Below, piece by piece: positions 20,244 to 27,441 of a stretch of 32,000 nt of DNA (within the stretch, counting starts at the first letter, position 1; every line of letters starts with the position of its first letter). Made by a program: the position numbers and the translations under genes. Under the pieces are notes generated by a model. That model was given only the letters and a program-made list of their open reading frames with translations, was not told the origin of the DNA and searched no databases. Origin of the DNA: Candidatus Hadarchaeota archaeon (GTDB lineage Archaea; Hadarchaeota; Hadarchaeia; Hadarchaeales; Hadarchaeaceae); assembly GCA_964514965.1 (NCBI GenBank), contig CAZETV010000001.1, forward strand, positions 270,001-302,000, given 5' to 3'.

Positions 20244-21293
20244 GTGGATAAGTATGGAAAAAGGCCCATAACAGAAATCCCTGTCATCGAAATAGAAGGC
20301 GTCGGAAAAACGTATGCTGAAAAATTGGCAAATGTTGGAATTTATACCATTGGTGATCTGGTATTTATTGACCCTGAAATTGAATACACTAAATTAGATT
20401 CGGAAATACCTCTTCCAAATTTGAAGAAATGGAAATCAATGGCAACCTTCATGCAGGTCCCGGGGATAAACAATCAATTTGCAGAAGCATTAGTTCGGAG
20501 TGATGTTTTAACCTTAGAGGATTTGTTTAACCCTCCCCCATCAGAAATCGTCAAAAAGATTGAGAATGCGTATAAGAAGAAAATTGTTCCTGAAAAGGTT
20601 GATTTGCTCACAGCAGCGGAATGGCAGAAAGAAGCAATAAAATTAGCATACACATCTAGTATTAACGGTTTGGTGTTCGACTCAAAAACAAAAAATCCGA
20701 TAAAGGGAGCAACAATCTCCTGTTTCGATAAAACAACAAAAACGAATGAACAAGGTGAATTTGTTTTAAATCTTATTCCGTACGGTGAACGATCCATATC
20801 CGTCGAGAAGAAAAATTACTATGATTTTGAAATGAAGATAAGTATTGGGTTAAAGCCATCAAAACTGAAAATTTTCGTTACGAAGTCGCCTGATGGGTTC
20901 TCATCGCCTGTGCATGCATCTGAATACGAATCCCAACATGTCAATGTGTCACCAAATGATACCTTAATTATGAAGCAAAAAGATCTGAGTGAAATACCAG
21001 ACGGTGCTTACCTGCAAATAATGAAATTTTATAAGAGAGAACCAATAGCGAAATTATTCAGTTTGTCCAAATACAAAATCGGGCAAAAGGTCTTTGTCGA
21101 TATAATAAAAGTTGATAAGAACTTGATTCCCAAAGGTGCCGAGGAATGGTCCATTTTAAGAAAAAAGGATGGGAGCTTAACAAAAACTGATCTCACGTTC
21201 AAAGATTATGTTGAGCAACGGTTTGAGAAAGAGACGGGAATGTCGCTTGACACATTCAAACAAATTTTTACCCAAGTTCCAGGAGGATCGTAA
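20244..21293 (+). CDS. Uncharacterized protein: tandem helix-hairpin-helix region plus carboxypeptidase-regulatory-like beta domain and a novel C-terminus
   Basis: HhH-like 'EIEGVGKTYAEKLANVGIYTIGDLV' and 'MQVPGINNQFAEALVRSDVLTLEDLF', then 'SINGLVFDSKTKNPIKGATISCFDKTTKTNEQGEFVLNLIPYGERSISVEKKNYYDFEMKI'. GTG start with a good RBS. Confidence 0.8.
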   Translation: MDKYGKRPITEIPVIEIEGVGKTYAEKLANVGIYTIGDLVFIDPEIEYTKLDSEIPLPNLKKWKSMATFMQVPGINNQFAEALVRSDVLTLEDLFNPPPSEIVKKIENAYKKKIVPEKVDLLTAAEWQKEAIKLAYTSSINGLVFDSKTKNPIKGATISCFDKTTKTNEQGEFVLNLIPYGERSISVEKKNYYDFEMKISIGLKPSKLKIFVTKSPDGFSSPVHASEYESQHVNVSPNDTLIMKQKDLSEIPDGAYLQIMKFYKREPIAKLFSLSKYKIGQKVFVDIIKVDKNLIPKGAEEWSILRKKDGSLTKTDLTFKDYVEQRFEKETGMSLDTFKQIFTQVPGGS

Positions 21294-21294
21294 A

Positions 21295-21864
21295 ATGTCG
21301 ATAGGATTGAAAGTCATTTACTATTTTGATGGTAAGAATGGATGTGCTCTTTGCCAATCAATGACTGGGTGGTACGATGATCGTCCTTCAAGACCGCACA
21401 AGAATTGCAAATGTCCGATTAATTGTTATGCGGGCTATGGGTGGTACGAAATCCGGGATATAACCGAAAGTTCTAGCTCCTATACTAAGCAATGGGATAA
21501 AGAATATCATTTTAAGAACGACAAAGATTTCCCTATAACAACGCCAGCGGAAAGTTTTGAAGTTAAATTAGAAAAGAGTTGGAGTATAAACGCTGGTTTT
21601 GAAGGATATGCGGGCGTAAGTGGAAGTGGAAGCGAAAGTGACACCCGCACACTGACTATACCGTCCCAAACTCTCCCACCACATTCCGAGCTTAATGTTC
21701 ACGTTGAAATCTACGGAGAAACAATGTACTATAGTGGTACAAAATATTTCGTATTTCATGTTTATACCGGGCCTCAGGCCGGAGAGGACGGAGAAATCGA
21801 AATAGGCCCAGTTTATGGGGGGGTCAAACAAGAAGACGGATCATGTGAAGCGGTATACGAATAA
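21295..21864 (+). CDS. Uncharacterized 189-aa protein: cysteine/histidine knuckle plus aerolysin/ETX-MTX2-like segment
   Basis: ATG at 21295 has AGGAGG upstream and lies 1 nt after the previous stop; the track start at 21208 is probably too early. Motifs 'GCALCQSMTGWYDDRPSRPHKNCKCPINC' and 'KSWSINAGFEGYAGVSGSGSESDTRTLTIPSQTLPPHSELNVHVEIYGETMYYSGTKYFVFHVYTG'. Confidence 0.75.
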   Translation: MSIGLKVIYYFDGKNGCALCQSMTGWYDDRPSRPHKNCKCPINCYAGYGWYEIRDITESSSSYTKQWDKEYHFKNDKDFPITTPAESFEVKLEKSWSINAGFEGYAGVSGSGSESDTRTLTIPSQTLPPHSELNVHVEIYGETMYYSGTKYFVFHVYTGPQAGEDGEIEIGPVYGGVKQEDGSCEAVYE

Positions 21865-21932
21865 CCTATTTCACGAATTTTGGTCTTTCATTAACTTAAC
21901 CACCATCGAGATTATGGGTGGATGGTCGAAAA

Positions 21933-22805
21933 ATGGGAAAATATCAGTGGTACAGCAACAATCATGAAGTAATGTCCTATTTTGCAGCGCTTTCTATGCC
22001 TCCTTTTTTCCAGAATTTGATTTTCGATCCCGTCATGAGAGGCTATTTTATCTTGGGAGTTGTCGCACCGGATAAACTATTCTGCGATTTTTCAAACCAC
22101 TACTACAATATCACGCCCACCAAAAGCGGGCAACATTACGGTAAAATACACGAAAAAGTAGAAAAAGAGACTATACTTATTAGAAAAATGCTTGATAACA
22201 CTGACCAAGTTATTTTATACCCAAAAGCGAGCAGCTTCTTTCGCGGAATTATCGATAACCCTATGAAGGCCGTTGTTTTTGAATTGGGCGTGATATCTCA
22301 TTATGTAGCTGACGCACACCAACCTTTTCACACAGATGGACAGTTACGTTATCCTGATGTCAAATACGATGAAATACCGATTCACAGAGCCTATGAGGAA
22401 GATGTCAGAAAAAATCTCGGCACGTTATCGTCTTTTTATTTATCATCAGATGTACGTGGGAGGGAACCGTGCAAAATAAACGATACGAAAAAATTCATCC
22501 TTGAAGTTGTCGAAAAACACAACAAATATTACGATGAATTATTTGATGTCTATTATCCCATTAGTAAACACAACGAAAAAACAAGGTTCAAAGATGTTTT
22601 GAGTTTAACTAGGGTTTGTTTCAATAATTCTATTTACGACATCCGGAATGTTTGGAATTTGTTTGGTGATATCGAGGAAAAACTTTCTGAAAGTGCAATA
22701 CTGGAAAAAACGATAAATGACATTGAAAGCAAGATGAACAAGAAGAATAGGTATAAAATCAAAGTATTCAAAAATGGAAATTTCAAAATCATCTCCAAAA
22801 AATGA
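21933..22805 (+). CDS. Zinc-dependent phospholipase C / S1-P1 nuclease-like hydrolase
   Basis: 'NNHEVMSYFA', 'GVVAPDKLFCDFSNHYYN', 'HYGKIHEKVEKE', 'FELGVISHYVADAHQPFHTDGQ' match the His/Asp zinc-ligand pattern of the family. The track GTG start at 21918 is an alternative. Confidence 0.75.
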   Translation: MGKYQWYSNNHEVMSYFAALSMPPFFQNLIFDPVMRGYFILGVVAPDKLFCDFSNHYYNITPTKSGQHYGKIHEKVEKETILIRKMLDNTDQVILYPKASSFFRGIIDNPMKAVVFELGVISHYVADAHQPFHTDGQLRYPDVKYDEIPIHRAYEEDVRKNLGTLSSFYLSSDVRGREPCKINDTKKFILEVVEKHNKYYDELFDVYYPISKHNEKTRFKDVLSLTRVCFNNSIYDIRNVWNLFGDIEEKLSESAILEKTINDIESKMNKKNRYKIKVFKNGNFKIISKK

Positions 22806-22848
22806 GCAGACACTAAAGTCCAAGATTTAGATATTTTCACCCATAAAA

Positions 22849-22945
22849 TGGCGGGCCCGCGGGGATTTGAACCCCGGTCACAAGCTCCGCAGGCTTGTGT
22901 CCTCTCCGGGTGCTTGGTGCACTATCCAGGCTAGACTACGGGCCC
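22849..22945 (-). tRNA. tRNA-Arg(GCG) with a 20-nt D-arm insertion and encoded CCA
   Basis: Acceptor GGGCCCG/CGGGCCC, anticodon arm CAAGC-CTGCGGA-GCTTG (anticodon GCG), T arm CGGGG-TTCAAAT-CCCCG, discriminator G followed by CCA. Removing GTGCACCAAGCACCCGGAGA (22903-22922) restores GTCT-AGCCTGGATA-GGAC, a standard D-arm. Confidence 0.93.
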
Positions 22946-23038
22946 GTTTAGACATACGTGGGTGTTCAAATAAAACGCACCTAGAAGTGGCAAGCAAAAG
23001 CGTAAAAACTGGTTCGACAAGAATGGATAGGGTTCAAT

Positions 23039-23203
23039 ATGGTGGCTGTATGCACCTCATGCAATCGCGAAATAGCCCAGGGTGATCGGGCAACGCGTTT
23101 TTCATGCCCCAGCTGTGGCTCCGTCGAAATATGGCGCTGCTCGAAGTGTCGGCGCCTCAGCAATCCATACCGCTGCCCGAGCTGTGGCTTCACGGGGCCC
23201 TGA
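23039..23203 (+). CDS. 54-aa archaeal zinc-ribbon protein (HVO_2753-like), missing from the ORF track
   Basis: Translated by hand: MVAVCTSCNREIAQGDRATRFSCPSCGSVEIWRCSKCRRLSNPYRCPSCGFTGP*. Four CxxC motifs. Located just upstream of EF-1beta, a known archaeal neighbourhood. Confidence 0.88.
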   Translation: MVAVCTSCNREIAQGDRATRFSCPSCGSVEIWRCSKCRRLSNPYRCPSCGFTGP

Positions 23204-23212
23204 GGTGTTTGA

Positions 23213-23470
23213 ATGGCTGAGGTAGCAGTCACTCTTAGGTTGATGCCAGAGAGTCCAGAAGTTAATCTAGACCTTCTTGAAGCCGAGGTAAAAAAGCACG
23301 TTAAAGTTCACTCAATCTCCCGTGAACCGGTCGCCTTTGGGCTTGAAGCGCTCCAGGTTGTCGCGGTCATCCCGGACGCGGCCGGTGGGACTGAGCCGCT
23401 CGAGCAAAAACTCGCGAGCCTGCCCGGTATTGGCAATGTTCAAGTAATCAATTTGACCCGATTGTTGTAA
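23213..23470 (+). CDS. Archaeal translation elongation factor 1-beta (aEF-1beta)
   Basis: MAEVAVTLRLMPESPEVNLDLLEAEVKKHV...EPVAFGLEALQVVAVIPDAAGGTEPLEQKLASLPGIGNVQVINLTRLL. Confidence 0.95.
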   Translation: MAEVAVTLRLMPESPEVNLDLLEAEVKKHVKVHSISREPVAFGLEALQVVAVIPDAAGGTEPLEQKLASLPGIGNVQVINLTRLL

Positions 23471-23528
23471 TTTTCGCGAATATTTGAACAAGCATCGTTA
23501 ACCCTTTAGGCGCCATTGGTCACATTTT

Positions 23529-24425
23529 ATGGACGGTAACATGTTGAAAAATCCGGCCGAGCGGGCAGCTTTAGTTTCAGTTATCACGACCACCGCGGTC
23601 GGCGCTGTCGAACTCTGGGCAGCTTTCCTATTCGGGAGCCTTGCTTTAATCGCCGCGGGCATAGATGCAATCTCTGACACAGCTACTTCAGTAGGTGTCT
23701 TCACTGGACTGCGTATTTCCAGGCGCCCCCCCGATCGAAATCACCCTTATGGACATGCTCAGGCCGAGACCCTCGCCTCAGTTCTGTTGGCGGCAGTTCT
23801 CATCTTAGCTGGCGTGCGAGTGGCATATTTGGCAATAGAAAAAATTCAACTGGGGTTAGCCGTCAATGCAACACCTGAACTTTTCTTGGTCGCGGGTATA
23901 ACCCTCGTGATTTTCGGCGCCCTGGCAAGATACAAAATTCGCACTGGCAGGCGGGTCAAAAGTCTATCACTCGTCGCGGATGGATACCATACTCTTACTG
24001 ACTCCGTTTCCTCAGCAGCAATCATAGCTGGACTGATTGGAGTGAGGTTAGGCTACGCGTGGGCGGACCCCGTGGTTGCACTGATGATATCGGCAATCAT
24101 TCTCCGGTGGGGGGTCGGCATTGGGCGTGATGCGCTAAATATTCTAATGGAAGCGAGTCCAGGCCCAGAACTTTTTGCCAAAATAAATAGGATTACTATT
24201 GGTGTACCAGGGGTGCTAGGGTGCCACAGATGTCGTGCCCGCAGGGTGGGGTCCCGCATATTCGCGGATGTGCACATCTACGTCGACCCAAAGATGAACG
24301 TCGATAAAGCGCACGAAGTAGCAACACGCGTTGAGCGCAATTTAAAAACGCGAATAGCCGACTTAACATCGGTAGTCGTGCACATAGAACCAACTAAGAG
24401 GCGTGCATATGGCAAAAAGCGTTGA
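23529..24425 (+). CDS. Cation diffusion facilitator family transporter
   Basis: 'LIAAGIDAISDTATSVGVFTGLRISRRPPDRNHPYGHAQAETLAS' and 'SLVADGYHTLTDSVSSAAIIAGL...ADPVVALMISAIILRWG', with the C-terminal cytoplasmic domain. Confidence 0.95.
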   Translation: MDGNMLKNPAERAALVSVITTTAVGAVELWAAFLFGSLALIAAGIDAISDTATSVGVFTGLRISRRPPDRNHPYGHAQAETLASVLLAAVLILAGVRVAYLAIEKIQLGLAVNATPELFLVAGITLVIFGALARYKIRTGRRVKSLSLVADGYHTLTDSVSSAAIIAGLIGVRLGYAWADPVVALMISAIILRWGVGIGRDALNILMEASPGPELFAKINRITIGVPGVLGCHRCRARRVGSRIFADVHIYVDPKMNVDKAHEVATRVERNLKTRIADLTSVVVHIEPTKRRAYGKKR

Positions 24426-25611
24426 AGAAGTTCGGGCAGATATCCAATTCCTACGCACGGGTATCACCTATTTGGACAATGCTGCGACAACACCCACACC
24501 CAAACCCGTTCTCGACGCAATGCTCGAGTACTTCTGTGAGTACAGCACAAACATTGGGCGGGGGTTATACAACGCAGCAAAGCGGGCAACCGCGAAATTT
24601 GAAACAACCCGAGAGAAGATAGCTAAGGTAATCAACGCAAATCCCGAAGAAATTGTTTACACGAAGAACACGACTGAGGCAATAAACATCGTTGCTCATG
24701 GTCTGAAGCTGCAAAAAGGGGACAAGATTGTGACAACTGCTCTCGAGCACCACTCAAATCTACTCCCATGGCAGCGCCTCGAACATCAGGGAGTCGAGCT
24801 TGAGCTCGTCCCGGTATCGCGCGAGTGCTTGATCGACCCAGCTGCAGTTGAAGTCGCAATCGATGACAAAACCCGCATTGTGACCACCCATCACGTTTCA
24901 AATGTGGTCGGAAGCATCCAGCCAGTGAAAGAAATCTGCAAGCTTGCTCGAGAAAGTGATATACTTTCCCTAGTCGACGCCGCCCAATCGGTTGGACACA
25001 TGCCTCTCGACGTTCAGAAGTTAGGGTGTGATTTCTTAGTCGCACCTGGGCATAAGGGTCTACTGGGGCCTCAGGGCACTGGCTTCCTATACGCTCGTGA
25101 AGGTCTTCTAGCTGGGTTCGAACCACTCTTGGTTGGAGGGGGCATCGTTAGGCAGGTTGAGGAACACAAATACGATTTAGTCAAACCGCCCCAAATTTTT
25201 GACGCTGGAACTCCCAACATCCCGGGCATCATTGGACTAGGCCGTGCGTGCGAGTACGTGCTTGAAATAGGTATCGAGCAAATTGCCGAACGCGAGCGGA
25301 AGCTGACCAAGCAAATGCTGAAGATCGCGGATATAGAGCACATCGAGGTTTACGGTCCCCATAACATCGAGCAACGGGGAGGCGTCGTGAGTTTCAACAT
25401 CAACGGTTTGGGTCATCACGAAGTTGCATCGATGCTGGACGAGCTCGCTCAGATAGCGGTTCGTTCGGGGCATCTATGCGCTCAGCCGGCCATGCGCCAC
25501 TTGGGCATTAATGGAATTGTGCGGGCATCGTTGCACTATTACAATCTGGAGCAAGAAATCGAACGGTTCATATCTACGCTTGAGCAGATTGCACGCGAGT
25601 TTGGTAGCTAA
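24409..25611 (+). CDS. sufS: Cysteine desulfurase, SufS type
   Basis: 'YLDNAATTPTPKPV', 'HHSNLLPWQ', 'HKGLLGPQGTGFLYAREG', catalytic Cys segment 'VRSGHLCAQPAMRHLGI'. Confidence 0.9.
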   Translation: MAKSVEEVRADIQFLRTGITYLDNAATTPTPKPVLDAMLEYFCEYSTNIGRGLYNAAKRATAKFETTREKIAKVINANPEEIVYTKNTTEAINIVAHGLKLQKGDKIVTTALEHHSNLLPWQRLEHQGVELELVPVSRECLIDPAAVEVAIDDKTRIVTTHHVSNVVGSIQPVKEICKLARESDILSLVDAAQSVGHMPLDVQKLGCDFLVAPGHKGLLGPQGTGFLYAREGLLAGFEPLLVGGGIVRQVEEHKYDLVKPPQIFDAGTPNIPGIIGLGRACEYVLEIGIEQIAERERKLTKQMLKIADIEHIEVYGPHNIEQRGGVVSFNINGLGHHEVASMLDELAQIAVRSGHLCAQPAMRHLGINGIVRASLHYYNLEQEIERFISTLEQIAREFGS

Positions 25612-25643
25612 AGTTCCATTTTTTACTTAAATCTTGGGTTCTG

Positions 25644-26096
25644 TCAAAGCTGAATCAAACCTGTTTCCTTCTCCGTCTTGAGTACAATAAGCGTTCGAGT
25701 ACTACTCACCCCTGGAACCTTGTCGATCTCGTGCAAGATTTCGTTCAGCTTAAGAGTGTCGTCAGTAACCAATTTCACGAAAAGGTCATGTTCCCCGACA
25801 ACCTCGTGAATCTCAAGAACCTCGGGGCGCTGACTCAGTTGGGCTATTACCTCTCTACAGGTGCCAGGGGAGGTTGAGATGCCCATGAAAGCTTTGAGCT
25901 TGCCTATCACCTGCGGGTCAACCACTGCCACGAATTTTTGAATCATGCCCGCGTCAATAAGCTTTTTGACGCGCTTGTGGATACCCGAGGAACTAATGCC
26001 CAACCGCTTGGCAAGCTTGGCGTAGGGCGCTTTAGCATCTTCCTGTAATAGGTTGAGCACCTTTCGATCTATTTTGTCGAGTTCCATAATTTTCAC
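25644..26096 (-). CDS. Lrp/AsnC family transcriptional regulator
   Basis: N-terminal HTH 'LDKIDRKVLNLLQEDAKAPYAKLAKRLGISSSGIHKRVKKLIDAGMIQKF' and a RAM-like C-terminal domain. Confidence 0.93.
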   Translation of the reverse strand: MKIMELDKIDRKVLNLLQEDAKAPYAKLAKRLGISSSGIHKRVKKLIDAGMIQKFVAVVDPQVIGKLKAFMGISTSPGTCREVIAQLSQRPEVLEIHEVVGEHDLFVKLVTDDTLKLNEILHEIDKVPGVSSTRTLIVLKTEKETGLIQL

Positions 26097-26364
26097 TTTT
26101 TCAACTCCGCAGGGTTTCGGTATAGAGTATTTAGTGGATAATATTTAAATATTTTGGTATAGTTGGAAATATTTTTTCCTATAATACTCTATTAGTAAAA
26201 GTTATATACGAAAATAAGCCAGTTTAAGCGGGAAATGTATGGGAAAGTTTCTTAAAACAAAAAGAGCGCTTGAGCAACTTGACGTGCGGGGTAAGTCCAC
26301 CTTTAGATGGAACTCCACGTGTAAAAGATATATTATGCGCAAACAGCTCAATGAGGTGTAAAAG

Positions 26365-27441
26365 ATGATTTCGAAACGAGTTAAAGAAATGCTGAGCTCG
26401 CAAATTTCTTATCCGTTTGCCCGAAAATATGCCATCGAGGCGGGAAATGCCATTAACCTCGCTTCCAACGAGAGCCCTTACGGCCCTTCGCCACGCGTAC
26501 TTCGAGCACTTGAAAAATCATCAACACGTATAGGGTCGTATCCAGACCCCCGAGCTTCAAAGCTTAAGCTGGCGATAAGTCGCTACATCGGCGTTGAGCG
26601 GGAATGTGTGGCGGTCGGAAATGGTTCAGATGAGATCTTCGATTTAATTTGTAAAGCTTTCGTCGACCCCGGGGATGAGGCATTAATCCCCCTGCCAACT
26701 TTCAGCATGTATGAAATCGCTTGTCGCACAAATGGCGGGAGACCAAAGTTTGTTGAATTACCAAATTTCGAATGGCGAACTGCAAAACTTGCACGCGAGA
26801 TGGGCGCCGTAAAATTGGCTTTCATAGGCAGGCCAAATAATCCTACTGGAAACAGCATGAGCATTCAAGGGTTAAATGAGCTGCTCAAGACAGGGAAGTT
26901 AATTGTTGTGGACGAGGCATACGTTGAGTTTGCTGGTTATTCTATATCGAAACAAGCCCCGAAAAAAGAAAATCTACTGGTGCTGCGGACGTTTTCTAAA
27001 GCGTTCGGACTCGCTGGCCTGCGCGTCGGGTACGCTGTAGGAAATTCAAAATTGATAGAAGTACTCGAGAAGATTCGTGCGCCCTTTAGCGTAAATACTA
27101 TAGCCCAAGCCTCGGCGATAGAGGCGCTACGCGATAGGCAATACCTACGTAAAGTAGTCACAGGGGTGCAGAAGGAGCGCGCTTATTTGTGCCGTGAGCT
27201 ATCAAATCTTGGGATGCGCGTGTTGCCATCTGATGCTAACTTCCTCATGGTTGATGTATCACCTTTGAGAACGGATGCATCTCGGATATGTGAATTTCTA
27301 GCTAAGCTTAACATCTTAATACGGGACCTCTCCAATTTTCGAGGGGTCGGAACGAAATGGGTTAGAATAACCGTTGGCACCCGACTTCAAAATGATAGAC
27401 TCATGCAAACGCTGAAAAAATTTAAAGGAGGGAGAAAATGA
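26365..27441 (+). CDS. hisC: Histidinol-phosphate aminotransferase
   Basis: 'INLASNESPYGPSPRVLRAL', 'RTFSKAFGLAGLRVGYAVG', fold-type I aminotransferase pattern. First gene of the his cluster. Confidence 0.93.
   Translation: MISKRVKEMLSSQISYPFARKYAIEAGNAINLASNESPYGPSPRVLRALEKSSTRIGSYPDPRASKLKLAISRYIGVERECVAVGNGSDEIFDLICKAFVDPGDEALIPLPTFSMYEIACRTNGGRPKFVELPNFEWRTAKLAREMGAVKLAFIGRPNNPTGNSMSIQGLNELLKTGKLIVVDEAYVEFAGYSISKQAPKKENLLVLRTFSKAFGLAGLRVGYAVGNSKLIEVLEKIRAPFSVNTIAQASAIEALRDRQYLRKVVTGVQKERAYLCRELSNLGMRVLPSDANFLMVDVSPLRTDASRICEFLAKLNILIRDLSNFRGVGTKWVRITVGTRLQNDRLMQTLKKFKGGRK

Noticed and set aside
21208-21294. N-terminal 29-aa extension of the small aerolysin-like protein given by the ORF track
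   Set aside because: It overlaps the upstream gene by 86 nt. The ATG at 21295 has a strong AGGAGG at the right spacing, so the shorter form is preferred.
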